A stretch of 45,443 nucleotides of DNA, from positions 1 to 45,443 of the forward strand of contig CAZEQZ010000003.1 of the NCBI GenBank assembly GCA_964514595.1, written 5' to 3'. The stretch comes from an uncultured Candidatus Saccharibacteria bacterium. Its GTDB lineage: Bacteria > Patescibacteriota > Dojkabacteria > SC72. Made by a program: the position numbers and the translations under genes. How positions within the stretch are numbered: the first letter of the stretch is position 1; the number at the start of each line of letters is the position of its first letter. Below the pieces are notes generated by a model that saw only the letters and a list, made by a program, of their open reading frames with translations, was not told the origin of the DNA and did not search any database. Positions 8,478 to 18,536 of the stretch are shown here, piece by piece.

Positions 8478-10442
8478 ATGAATCAATTTAGACTGAATTC
8501 ACCGTACAAAACTTCTCCTGATCAAGAGGAGGTTATAGAGAAATTAACTGATAATTTTCTTAAGGGAAAAGAGAAACAGACACTTCTTGGTGTTACAGGC
8601 TCTGGAAAGACCTTTGTCATGGCAAATGTTATTAACAAACTAAACAGACCTACCTTAGTTATATCTCATAACAAAACCTTAGCTGCACAGCTATACGAGG
8701 AGTTTAAGGAGTTTTTCCCAGATAATTCTGTTAAGTATTTTGTATCATACTATGACTACTACCAACCAGAGGCATATATACCTGCAAAAGATCTGTATAT
8801 TGAAAAAGAATCAGAGGTTAATAAGGAGATTGAAAATTTGAGATTTGGAGCTATGAATTCCGCTTTAACACGAAGAGACACAATCGTTGTTGCTTCTGTA
8901 TCGTGTATCTATAATATTGGTAATCCTGAAAATTATGAAAACAAGAGTCTAGCATTTCACATTGGTCAAACAGTTGAATTATCGCAGCTGGCGATAGAGC
9001 TTGTTTCTATGAGATATAGCAGAGATACATATGATTTCACTACTGGGGTATTCAGAATAACCGGTGATATTATAGAAATATATCCTCCATATGAAGAAAG
9101 TTCATATAGAATAGAGTTGTGGGGGAATAAGATAGAGAGTATATCTAAGGTACATCCTATTTCAAAACAGAAGCTACAGGAATTGAAGGAGGTTTTAATC
9201 TTTCCTGCCACATCACTTGTATACTCCGAGGATGTCATAAAGGGTGCTACTGATAATATTAGAAGGGATTTAAAACAGAGGGTTGCTTTTTTAAGAAATA
9301 TTAAAAAGGATGTAGAGGCGTATAGGTTAGAGCAGAAGACAAATTACGACATTGAGATGCTAGAACAGGTTGGTTATTGTAAGAGTATGGAAAACTACAG
9401 TATATATTTTGATGGGAGAAGATCAGGAGAGCCACCATATACACTATTAGATTATTTCCCAAAAGATTATCTGATGTTTATAGATGAATCCCATATTACA
9501 ATTCCACAGATTGGGGGAATGTATAATGGTGATAAAGCAAGAAAGGATAATTTAATTGAATACGGCTTTAGACTACCCACAGCTAGGGATAATAGGCCTC
9601 TGAATTTTAAGGAGTTCCAACAGAGACAAGGAAGTACTATGTATATATCTGCGACTCCATCGGAATGGGAGATTAGGGATAGTAATGAGAATGTTGTGGA
9701 GCTCTTAACTAGACCAACAGGATTGTTGGATCCAAAGGTGGAGGTTAGAAAAACCGATGGTCAGATTGATGATGTGATATCTGAGATAGGGAGAAATGTG
9801 AAGAAAGGTCAAAGGGTTTTGGTAACTACTTTAACCAAGAGAATGGCAGAAGACTTAACTTCCTTTTTAAAAGATTTAGACATAAAGGTTCAATATCTAC
9901 ACTCTGATATTGATACAGTTGAAAGGGTAGATATTTTAAGGGATTTGAGATTAGGTGAGTATGATGTCTTAGTTGGAATTAATCTACTAAGAGAGGGTAT
10001 CGATTTGCCAGAGGTTTCTTTAGTTATAATATTGGACGCCGACAAAGAAGGATTCTTAAGAAGCAAGGTTAGTTTGGTTCAAACCATAGGTAGAGCTGCT
10101 AGGCATTTAGACGGAAGAGTAATTATGTATGCAGATAGTATGACTGACAGTATGAAGTATGCGATTGAGGAAACAGTAAGGAGAAGGCAGTATCAAATGG
10201 AATATAACAAGAAATACAACATTACACCTAAAAGTATAAAAAAAGAAATAAGAGATAGACTAGTAGATAGTAAAAAGGATGAGATTGAGGCTGATTTAGA
10301 CATAGAAAGGCTGGATGAGAAGCAGAAGAAATTATTAATTAAGGATCTCGAAGTTAAGATGCTCATAGCTGCAGACAATTTGCAATTTGAGAAAGCAGCG
10401 CAACTGAGGGATGAGATCAAGGAAATAAAAGCTAATATTTAA
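8478..10442 (+). CDS. uvrB: excinuclease ABC subunit B
   Basis: Walker A GVTGSGKTF, helicase motifs, and a C-terminal UVR motif FEKAAQLRDEI. The ATG at 8478 (MNQFRLNSPY) is preferred over the TTG at 8430 used in the ORF track. Confidence 0.95.
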   Translation: MNQFRLNSPYKTSPDQEEVIEKLTDNFLKGKEKQTLLGVTGSGKTFVMANVINKLNRPTLVISHNKTLAAQLYEEFKEFFPDNSVKYFVSYYDYYQPEAYIPAKDLYIEKESEVNKEIENLRFGAMNSALTRRDTIVVASVSCIYNIGNPENYENKSLAFHIGQTVELSQLAIELVSMRYSRDTYDFTTGVFRITGDIIEIYPPYEESSYRIELWGNKIESISKVHPISKQKLQELKEVLIFPATSLVYSEDVIKGATDNIRRDLKQRVAFLRNIKKDVEAYRLEQKTNYDIEMLEQVGYCKSMENYSIYFDGRRSGEPPYTLLDYFPKDYLMFIDESHITIPQIGGMYNGDKARKDNLIEYGFRLPTARDNRPLNFKEFQQRQGSTMYISATPSEWEIRDSNENVVELLTRPTGLLDPKVEVRKTDGQIDDVISEIGRNVKKGQRVLVTTLTKRMAEDLTSFLKDLDIKVQYLHSDIDTVERVDILRDLRLGEYDVLVGINLLREGIDLPEVSLVIILDADKEGFLRSKVSLVQTIGRAARHLDGRVIMYADSMTDSMKYAIEETVRRRQYQMEYNKKYNITPKSIKKEIRDRLVDSKKDEIEADLDIERLDEKQKKLLIKDLEVKMLIAADNLQFEKAAQLRDEIKEIKANI

Positions 10443-10451
10443 CAAATTAAC

Positions 10452-11201
10452 ATGAAAATAAAGTATTTATTAAGTAAGGATAAGAGAGTTGTGAAATTCA
10501 ACAAACTTATTGAAACAAACTTTCCTCAACTACTAAATGAAGAAAATCCTGATATATATCTTGTAGCAGGGGGAGATGGAGCTATGCTTCATGCTATACA
10601 TGATACTATCGATACAGGTATTCCATATATTGGTAAGGCATTAGGAACTTTTAATTTTTTAATGAACAGGGTTGAAGATGACAGGAAGATAATTAGGCAG
10701 TTGCTTGAAGACAAATTGAAGATTGATTATTTTGAGTCTAATGCTATCACTGCATATCTTGATGGGGAACGACTTGGGGATGCAGTTAATGATGTGATAC
10801 TTGGAGATAAACTGACAGGTTATCATTATTTTAATATATCTACGGAATTTGGGGATCTTTCAAATTTTGATATTTATGGATCTGGAATTTGTATTAGTAC
10901 AACTATTGGCTCTACAGCTTTTAACTACAACAATAATGGACGGATACTACCTTTAGATTCCGATTTACTTTCGATTACAGGTGTTGTGTGTAATAGATAC
11001 TTGAATGATATTGTGCCATTTGGAGAAATTCAAATTAAAAGTGACGGTGCTAGGATATATTTGACTAATGTGAGATCAAAAGTTCTTAAAAAAGGTTCTG
11101 AGCTTATTCTAAAGAAAGGTCCTAGAATAAAGATCGGATTTCTTGATAGAGAAGATTTTTTGAAGAGAAGGATTGAGATAGCACATAGGTTTAGGAAATA
11201 A
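10452..11201 (+). CDS. nadK: NAD kinase
   Basis: 249 aa with DIYLVAGGDGAMLHA (GGDG motif) and a typical NadK length. Confidence 0.85.
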   Translation: MKIKYLLSKDKRVVKFNKLIETNFPQLLNEENPDIYLVAGGDGAMLHAIHDTIDTGIPYIGKALGTFNFLMNRVEDDRKIIRQLLEDKLKIDYFESNAITAYLDGERLGDAVNDVILGDKLTGYHYFNISTEFGDLSNFDIYGSGICISTTIGSTAFNYNNNGRILPLDSDLLSITGVVCNRYLNDIVPFGEIQIKSDGARIYLTNVRSKVLKKGSELILKKGPRIKIGFLDREDFLKRRIEIAHRFRK

Positions 11202-11218
11202 ATTATTATTTAATCATT

Positions 11219-11455
11219 ATGAATAGAGGAATTATAGAATTAAAAAAGGATGAATTAGAGGAATTAACTAAGTTTGTTAGATTAGAAAAGTTTGATTTAG
11301 CAAAGGAGAACATGAAGGAAACAAATAGAATATTTGTTAACGAAGAAGAGCTAGAAAGTATTATGGATGAGATTGGGGCGATTTTTGATAACGAGATTTT
11401 AACAGAGGTGAAAAGTAAAATCTCAGAGACATTATTACGTTTTAGAAACCCATAG
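11219..11455 (+). CDS. small acidic hypothetical protein
   Basis: 78-aa ORF, E/L-rich and helical, 17 nt after nadK. No motif recognised. Confidence 0.4.
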   Translation: MNRGIIELKKDELEELTKFVRLEKFDLAKENMKETNRIFVNEEELESIMDEIGAIFDNEILTEVKSKISETLLRFRNP

Positions 11456-11541
11456 AATATTAACTGGGAGTTAAAAACTCAGTATAGTAATCATAACAAG
11501 GGGGTTTATGTACAAACTGAACGTAAGAATAGTTTCAAGTT

Positions 11542-12333
11542 TTAGGGGATGTATCTATCTGCTGGGCTTTTTCCTGTATCTACAGTTTCTAATGAAAATC
11601 CTTTTTCTAATAATCCCTCAACGATTAAATTTGCCTGAGTATAATCATATCGTCTAAACATGTGTGATAGTATAATCGCACCAGGCTTTGCAGCCCACAG
11701 AACTTTCTGATAAGTGTCAGGCACTAAACCATTACTTCCTGTTGTCCAATATACATGTTGCAATCCAAATTGTGCTGCTACCTTTAGTATTCTTTCATCA
11801 CTAACTCCATCTCCGTAAGGCATTCTGAAATATTTCATTCTGTATCCAGGTACGATTTTTTCAAGGGTAGATATATTTAATTCAAACCATCTTTTAATTC
11901 TATCCGAGGATAGGGTTGACATTTGAGAGTGATTCCAAAAATGAGAGCCTAACAAATGACCTTCATCTACAATTTTTTGAATTGATTTTGCACTCCATTC
12001 AAGCTTATCTCCTAAGTAGAAGAATGTGGCTTTACAATCTGGATAAGGGCGATAAGCGGAAAGAATCTGTTCTATCTGTTCTTCACTTCCCATATCATCG
12101 TATGTCATCATGACCACATTTCTACTGGTATCTCCTTGAACAATTTCGTGTTTAGCTATAAAATCTATTTCTTCCTCACTAGGTTCATTAGAAGTGACTG
12201 ATTCCGAATATCCCGAGATATTTTTTATTACAGGCATTACGCAAGCAGTAGCAAGTAATTTCGCAGATTTTTCAAGAAAATCCCTTCTGCTTATTGATTC
12301 GTCATTCGTTGAGAATATTTCTTTATCACTCAT
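11542..12333 (-). CDS. polysaccharide deacetylase (NodB homology domain) with Tat-like signal
   Basis: NodB motifs MTYDDMG (TFDDG-like), HFWNH (HxxxH) and RMPYG (RxPY). Start set at MSDKEIF (12333) because the longer ORF runs through tRNA-Gln. SRRDFLEK is followed by a hydrophobic stretch. Confidence 0.75.
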   Translation of the reverse strand: MSDKEIFSTNDESISRRDFLEKSAKLLATACVMPVIKNISGYSESVTSNEPSEEEIDFIAKHEIVQGDTSRNVVMMTYDDMGSEEQIEQILSAYRPYPDCKATFFYLGDKLEWSAKSIQKIVDEGHLLGSHFWNHSQMSTLSSDRIKRWFELNISTLEKIVPGYRMKYFRMPYGDGVSDERILKVAAQFGLQHVYWTTGSNGLVPDTYQKVLWAAKPGAIILSHMFRRYDYTQANLIVEGLLEKGFSLETVDTGKSPADRYIP

Positions 12334-12375
12334 TAAATGATTATATAACAATGAAAATATTATGGATACCCGTTC

Positions 12376-12449
12376 TGGTTGCGGGACATGGACTCGAACC
12401 ATGATTGACGGCTTCAAAGGCCGGTGTCCTACCATTAGACGATCCCGCA
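12376..12449 (-). tRNA. tRNA-Gln (anticodon UUG), CCA encoded
   Basis: The 74-nt cloverleaf folds by hand: acceptor UGCGGGA/UCCCGCA with a U1-A72 pair, anticodon loop CUUUGAA, T-loop TTCGAGT and 3' ACCA. Confidence 0.9.
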
Positions 12450-12513
12450 ATAATGCAAAATTATACTACATGTGTATGTTAAATAGAAAGAAGATATTGT
12501 AATATAGTAAGGT

Positions 12514-13617
12514 ATGGCACTATTTAAGAAGAAAAATAATAAAAATAAGAAACCAAACACACAGGTCTATATGCCGTATAAAAAATCTACTCCTAAGGTA
12601 GTACGAAGGAAGAAAAAAAGAAGTTTTTCCTTTGGGAGAAAACATAAATCCTCAAAAAGACGTTCTAAAACTCCCCCTTCCTCTGTAATCTTCTACATTA
12701 TCTTCCCACTCGTGGGTATTGCCCTACTCTATATATCCACCCTATTTATTATCAGAATGAGAAATAGGGAGTCTTTTGAAGTATACGAAGAGCAGTATGT
12801 GATTGGCTTGGAGGATATTCCTATATTTCCTAATTCTGAGTTTATATTTACAAATAGTATTAATGAGCCCTCAGTAGCGAATTTTATAAGCTCCGGAAAT
12901 TCTGCATACAGACTTCCTCCGAATACTTCTATTACGAAAGTCTATGAATATTATGAAGATGTATTGCCAAGGAAAGATTGGACCTTTGTGTTGTCCGTGG
13001 ATATTGGTTCCGAAGAAATGAAAAATGGGCAGTATTGGACGAAAAAGGGTGTGGGATTGAGAATATATTCCAAATTTAATGATATATGGTATGAGTTACT
13101 TTCCGAAGAGCAGGCTATTACTGGTTTAAGGGAAAGGGTCGAAAGAGAGATTGAGCGCGATTTGTTACTGGCCAATCAGGAACTGCAGGATTTACTTCCT
13201 GATTTTCCTTGGGTAATTCAAATTCCGAAGGAATATATTATTTCGTATAGAGTTTCTGACTTTGAGAACTTGCGATTGGTGGAATTTAAAAGAATAGGAA
13301 GCGAAGAAAGATTAATTATTACTCCCATCGGATATATTGGAAGCAAGCCTTTGGATGATTTACTTAGAGAGTACGTTGAGTTGTTAAATAAGGATGGAGA
13401 GAATCTATGGAATATCTCTAATACATTATTAACTTATACAGAGTACGGTAGAGCTTTAAGAGGAACAATTACTGAAAATGGGAGAGCTAATACCGTAGCT
13501 GTAATTCCAAACCCATACGATAAAATTATGTATGTATTAGATTATAATTTAGAACAGGAGGAGTTCTTCGAATTTGTTTTATCTAATCTAGAACCCCAAG
13601 GTTTAAAGAAGGAATAA
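12514..13617 (+). CDS. membrane-anchored hypothetical protein with very basic N-terminal tail
   Basis: 367 aa. A 57-residue K/R-rich N-terminus is followed by one TM helix (VIFYIIFPLVGIALLYISTLFII) and a roughly 285-aa C-terminal domain of unknown function. Confidence 0.55.
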   Translation: MALFKKKNNKNKKPNTQVYMPYKKSTPKVVRRKKKRSFSFGRKHKSSKRRSKTPPSSVIFYIIFPLVGIALLYISTLFIIRMRNRESFEVYEEQYVIGLEDIPIFPNSEFIFTNSINEPSVANFISSGNSAYRLPPNTSITKVYEYYEDVLPRKDWTFVLSVDIGSEEMKNGQYWTKKGVGLRIYSKFNDIWYELLSEEQAITGLRERVEREIERDLLLANQELQDLLPDFPWVIQIPKEYIISYRVSDFENLRLVEFKRIGSEERLIITPIGYIGSKPLDDLLREYVELLNKDGENLWNISNTLLTYTEYGRALRGTITENGRANTVAVIPNPYDKIMYVLDYNLEQEEFFEFVLSNLEPQGLKKE

Positions 13618-15087
13618 TTATTTACTGGATTGACGAAGATAATTATATATTTTTTCTGACACCTTTCTGTTTTTTATTATCTTGTTTAATTCCTTAACGG
13701 TAGCCCTTTTTATCCTATCTATACTCCCTAACTGTTTTATTAACAATTTTCTCCTTTTCTCCCCTACCCCTTCTATCTTGCTAAGTTCGGATTCCCTTCC
13801 CTTTCTTATTCGTGCCTTTCTGTGATGAAGTATTGCAAACCTATGGGCTTCATCTCGTAGATCTATTAGTACTTCCTTATTCATTATATCTACTCTTTTT
13901 ATACCATCTTTGGAAAAGAACCAAAATTCATCTAGTAATCTACTTCCTTTTCTTTTCAATCTTTTACCCTTGGATATTCCTAAAAGGTGTATCTCGTTTG
14001 GCACGTATTTTCTTAACACAGATAATTGGGATTTCCCTCCATCTATAAGAACAATATCTGGGGAACGTGAATATTTATTTTGATTTAGTTGATTAAACCT
14101 TCTCAGAATAACGTGTTTGAGCATTGCAGGATCGTTTGGAGTATCTATGTCCTTGATTCTAAATACTCTATATTCACTTCTTTTTATTTCTCCATCTTGA
14201 GCAACGACCATAGAACCGTACGCTTCTTTTCCTTGAATATTAGAAATATCATAACATTCAATTCTAGAGAGATTCTTAAGGCCTAGTTCATTTTTTAAAT
14301 CAAGGAAGTTCTGTTTTAATACAATTTTCCTTCTTTTTTTATACGATTGCTCTGTTTCATTAGCTTCAAAATCTATTTTCTCTCCCAGATATTTAAGATC
14401 TTCAATCTTGTCTCTTAATTCAGCAGCTTTTTCATACTGTTTGGTAGCAGAGTATTCTTTCATTACAGATTCCATTTCCTTTATTTGGCCTCTCTTCCGC
14501 CCACTTAGAAATTTTATTATCTCATTTATATTTTTCCTATACTCTTCCTCTGTTATATGGCCTTGGTGTGGACCTGGACATAACCCAAGGTGGAAGTACA
14601 GACACTCTTTGCTATTTGCTCTTTTGCATGTACAAAATGGATATATTTTTCTCAAGTATGTAAATATTCTTTTGGTTGCAGAGCTACTAGGGTATGGGCC
14701 GAAGAGTCTTCCTCTTTTCAATTCTTTCCCAGTTATTTTCCTAATTATCTTTACAGTTGGGAATTTATCTTTTGTGGAGATGTATATCCATGCATATGAT
14801 TTATCATCCTTTTTATCCGAATTATAGAAGGGCTTATACTGTTTAATTAATGCTGACTCCAGTACCAAGGATTCTATTTCGTTGTTAGTCTCAATAATTT
14901 CAACATCACCAATGAAGGGAATCATCTGTTTAACCCTTGGTCGATCATAGAGATCGCTTGAGAAATATGATTTTACTCTTGCCCTTAGGTTTAAGGCCTT
15001 TCCTATGTACAGGATTTCTCCGTTTTTATCCAAGAATTTATAAACTCCAGGAGTTGTGGGGAGAGTATCTAACTTCGATTTGTTCAT
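13618..15087 (-). CDS. uvrC: excinuclease ABC subunit C (compact)
   Basis: GIY-YIG (PGVYKFLDKNGEILYIGKALNLRARVKSYF), UVR domain (YEKAAELRDKIEDLKYL), endonuclease domain (IECYDISNIQG) and HhH (IEGVGEKRRKLLIKQLGS). The ATG at 15087 is preferred over the TTG at 15093. Confidence 0.9.
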   Translation of the reverse strand: MNKSKLDTLPTTPGVYKFLDKNGEILYIGKALNLRARVKSYFSSDLYDRPRVKQMIPFIGDVEIIETNNEIESLVLESALIKQYKPFYNSDKKDDKSYAWIYISTKDKFPTVKIIRKITGKELKRGRLFGPYPSSSATKRIFTYLRKIYPFCTCKRANSKECLYFHLGLCPGPHQGHITEEEYRKNINEIIKFLSGRKRGQIKEMESVMKEYSATKQYEKAAELRDKIEDLKYLGEKIDFEANETEQSYKKRRKIVLKQNFLDLKNELGLKNLSRIECYDISNIQGKEAYGSMVVAQDGEIKRSEYRVFRIKDIDTPNDPAMLKHVILRRFNQLNQNKYSRSPDIVLIDGGKSQLSVLRKYVPNEIHLLGISKGKRLKRKGSRLLDEFWFFSKDGIKRVDIMNKEVLIDLRDEAHRFAILHHRKARIRKGRESELSKIEGVGEKRRKLLIKQLGSIDRIKRATVKELNKIIKNRKVSEKIYNYLRQSSK

Positions 15088-15104
15088 GGACAATTATACC
15101 AACT

Positions 15105-18100
15105 CTAAAACCTTCTTAGCCATTTTTTCGTATTCTCGTCCATAGCTATGGTTTTATTTAAAACTACACTTTTCGAGCTTTCTCCATCGTTAACTATAAT
15201 TTGAACGGGAACCTCACCCTTTGATTCTTGTATATATTTTTTTAATTCTGCTATTTCCTTCTCTGAATGAATTGGAGATATTCTAAATGTGATCCCATCA
15301 AATTTTGAGGAGTGCTTTGTTTCATCTATATATTTAGCTTTCTGAACTATTATACTTTTCTCTCCATCTCTTATATTTAATCTGCCTGCTATTAACATTG
15401 GTTTGTTTTCTGTCAATGCATCCTTTATTTCCTGGTACACTCGAGGGAAAATAACTGCATCTGTTTTCGCAGTTTTATCTTCGATTGTTAAAAAGGCCAT
15501 AACTTCACCTTTTTTTGTTGTTATTTTTCTAACTTTTGTAACCATTACTCCGAGGATGAGAACATCGTTATTCTTTTTGATCTCCAAAGCTTCGTTAAGG
15601 GGTATTACATTTCGTTTTTCGAAGAATTCCTGTAGATAATCTAAGGGATGACTAGAAAAATACAGGCCTAAAAGTTCTTTTTCCCATTGTAGAATTTGAG
15701 CTGTTTCGGTTTTAACATCAGAAGGTAGTGACGTTTTGTCAATACTTCTTTCCTGCTTTTCTCCATTACCATTTACAGAGAATATGTCTATCTGCCCTAT
15801 TTCCTCACTCTTTCGTAGGGCTTTTTCCCTGTCATATATCTCTCCCAGAACTCGAAGAAGTGCACCCCTATCACCAAATGAATCCATTGTTCCAGCCATT
15901 ATTAGGTACTCTATGGCTTTTTTATTGACTTTGTCATAGACCCTATGAACAAAATCGTCTAGATGAAGATACTTTCCTTTTTCTTCTCTTTCACATACAA
16001 TGCCCTTGACCAGATCGTTCCCTACATTCTTTATACCCCCCAATCCAAACCTTATGCTTCTTTCTCCTTCTACGGTGAAATAGAACCCACTCTCATTAAT
16101 ATCAGGAGGAAGAACCTCTATACCCAATCTTTCACACTCACCGAGATCTAGTATCACTCTATCAAATTTGTCTAAATCCCCTTCAAGAAGTGCGGCCATG
16201 TATTCCAAAGGATAGTTAGCTTTAAGATATGCGGTCCAGTACGCTATTGTTGCGTAGGATGCGCTGTGGGCTTTATTAAATCCGTAGTTTGCAAACTGGA
16301 CTAACCTTTCCCAAAGTTTTTCCACATCTTCTTTGTTAAAACCATTCTTTACTCCTCCCTCTACAAAAGCGGGCTTCTCTGCTTGCATAACATCTAGCTT
16401 CTTTTTCCCCATGGCTCTTCTTAATATATCAGCAGCACCTAGAGAGTATCCCGCAACTACCTCTGCTATTTTCATTACCTGCTCTTGGTATGTTATAACA
16501 CCGTTTGTTATGGCAAGAATTGGTTCGAGGTCATCGATTATATAGTCGGGTTCCTGCTTCCCTTTCTTCACATTTGCATAGTCACTTATAAATTGCATAG
16601 GGCCAGGTCTATATGCAGAGAGAATATAACAGATGTCTTCCAAACTCTCAGGCTCTAGACTTCTGATAGTTCTTTTCATACCCTCACTTTCCATCTGGAA
16701 TATTCCAATTGTATAACCAGATTTGATTAGATCGTAGGTCTTCTGATCATGTTGATCAACCTTAGAAAGATCTACTTTAACACCTTTTGTTCCTTCTATC
16801 TTTTTTAAGGCTGCACCAATAATGTTTAGGTTTCTAAGACCTAAAAAATCAAACTTCATTAACCCCAATGGCTCAATATCAAACATCTCATACTGAGTCA
16901 TTCCTATTCCCTCTCCATGGGCATCTCTTTGGATTGGACAGTACTCTACTACTGGTTGAGGAGTTATTACAATACCACATGCATGTGTCGAAACACCCCT
17001 ACAAAGACCTGAAACTTTACGTACTATTTCAGCCAGATGTCTAGTTTTTTCTGTTGAATTTATTATTTGAGCAAATTCAGGATTATGCTCCAACATATAG
17101 TCAATTCCCTTGGCTTTTCCAAATACAATCTCTACCATCTTAGAAAGCTCATCAGCTATCTGAAGATCTACACCTATAACTCTGGAAACATCTCTTATAG
17201 CTTGTCTGGTTTGTAGTTTACTAAAAGTACCTATCTGTTTAACATTATCTATTCCGTATTTATTAATAGCATAATTAACAACCTCATCTCTTCTTTTATC
17301 AGCTATATCCAAATCAAAATCGGGTGGACTTGGTCTTTCCGGATTAAGAAATCTCTCAAAATACAATTCCCAAGATATCGGTTCTATGTCTGTTATATCA
17401 GCAGAGTATGCAACTACCGAACCACACCCAGAACCTCTCATACCCACTACTATGTCATTATCACGACAAAATTTCACAATATCTCTAAATATTAGGAAAT
17501 AATCATCATACCCCTTGTCATGAATTATTTCTAACTCGTACTCTATTCTCTCTTTAAGCTCTTTTGTTACTTTCCCATATTTCCCTTTTGCACCTTCAAG
17601 TGTTACTTCCTTAAGATACTCTTTCGCACTTTTTCCCTTTGGGAGATCGGGATACGGTATCTCCACTCTTTCAAAAGTTATATCAAATTCCTCGACACCC
17701 TCAGCTATCTTTTGAGTATTTTGCACAGCTTCGGGAATATCTTTAAATAGCTCTTCCATTTCCAGAGGAGATTTAACATAGAATTCGTTTGTTGGCATTC
17801 TTCTTCTATTAGGATCATCCATTGTATACCCATCACTTATACACCAAAGAATTTCTTGTATTTCTGCATCCTCTTTATCTAGGTAGTGGGAATCGCATGT
17901 TGCTACTAGAGGCAGATTTAAATCATTCGCAATTTTAATCAATCCTTCATTAACCAATTCTTGTTCTTCCATACCATTTCTTTGAATTTCAATATAGAAA
18001 GAATCTTTGAAAAGTTCGCTGTATTTATTAGCATTCTCTTTTGCTAAATTGAAATTATTTTGTAGAATTGGCTTACTCACTGGACCAGCTAAACATGCTG

Positions 18101-18500
18101 ATAGTGCTATTAAGCCTTTTGTATGCTTTGATAATGTTTCGATGTCTATTCTAGGCTTGTAGTAGAAACCCTCCATATGAGCAACAGATACTATTTTCAT
18201 CAAATTTTTATACCCTTCAAGATTCTTTGCTAAAAGTACTAGATGAAAATATTCATTATCTATACCAAACTCCTTTTCTTGCATACTTCTAGGAGCAATA
18301 TATATTTCACAACCAATAATGGGTTTCAAACCAGCATCCTTCATTGCTTGTTGAAATTTGAATATCCCATACATACTTCCATGATCAGTTACAGCACAAG
18401 ACTTCATACCAGTTTGTTCTAGCTTTTCGATCAATTCAGATATCCTGATGGTTGCATCAAGTAAAGAATACTCTGTATGTAGATGTAAATGCGTAAACAT
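15105..18500 (-). CDS. dnaE: DNA polymerase III alpha subunit
   Basis: 1131 aa. PHP domain FTHLHLHTEYSLLD, palm/fingers region (GLMKFDFLGLRNL) and a C-terminal OB-fold region. Confidence 0.95.
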   Translation of the reverse strand: MFTHLHLHTEYSLLDATIRISELIEKLEQTGMKSCAVTDHGSMYGIFKFQQAMKDAGLKPIIGCEIYIAPRSMQEKEFGIDNEYFHLVLLAKNLEGYKNLMKIVSVAHMEGFYYKPRIDIETLSKHTKGLIALSACLAGPVSKPILQNNFNLAKENANKYSELFKDSFYIEIQRNGMEEQELVNEGLIKIANDLNLPLVATCDSHYLDKEDAEIQEILWCISDGYTMDDPNRRRMPTNEFYVKSPLEMEELFKDIPEAVQNTQKIAEGVEEFDITFERVEIPYPDLPKGKSAKEYLKEVTLEGAKGKYGKVTKELKERIEYELEIIHDKGYDDYFLIFRDIVKFCRDNDIVVGMRGSGCGSVVAYSADITDIEPISWELYFERFLNPERPSPPDFDLDIADKRRDEVVNYAINKYGIDNVKQIGTFSKLQTRQAIRDVSRVIGVDLQIADELSKMVEIVFGKAKGIDYMLEHNPEFAQIINSTEKTRHLAEIVRKVSGLCRGVSTHACGIVITPQPVVEYCPIQRDAHGEGIGMTQYEMFDIEPLGLMKFDFLGLRNLNIIGAALKKIEGTKGVKVDLSKVDQHDQKTYDLIKSGYTIGIFQMESEGMKRTIRSLEPESLEDICYILSAYRPGPMQFISDYANVKKGKQEPDYIIDDLEPILAITNGVITYQEQVMKIAEVVAGYSLGAADILRRAMGKKKLDVMQAEKPAFVEGGVKNGFNKEDVEKLWERLVQFANYGFNKAHSASYATIAYWTAYLKANYPLEYMAALLEGDLDKFDRVILDLGECERLGIEVLPPDINESGFYFTVEGERSIRFGLGGIKNVGNDLVKGIVCEREEKGKYLHLDDFVHRVYDKVNKKAIEYLIMAGTMDSFGDRGALLRVLGEIYDREKALRKSEEIGQIDIFSVNGNGEKQERSIDKTSLPSDVKTETAQILQWEKELLGLYFSSHPLDYLQEFFEKRNVIPLNEALEIKKNNDVLILGVMVTKVRKITTKKGEVMAFLTIEDKTAKTDAVIFPRVYQEIKDALTENKPMLIAGRLNIRDGEKSIIVQKAKYIDETKHSSKFDGITFRISPIHSEKEIAELKKYIQESKGEVPVQIIVNDGESSKSVVLNKTIAMDENTKKWLRRF

Positions 18501-18536
18501 AACAAATATTGCCCCGATTTGATATACTAAACTATT

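Noticed and set aside
11542-12450. A 302-aa version of the deacetylase ORF with an N-terminal extension MRDRLMVGHRPLK...
   Set aside because: The extension is the reverse strand of tRNA-Gln (12376-12449) read as protein. The true start is the ATG at 12333, followed by a Tat-like signal.
13618-15093. UvrC looked truncated, at about 490 aa against about 600 aa in model bacteria.
   Set aside because: All four modules (GIY-YIG, UVR, RNase-H-like endonuclease, HhH) are present in order. Only the linkers are shorter, which is consistent with general protein compaction rather than a pseudogene.
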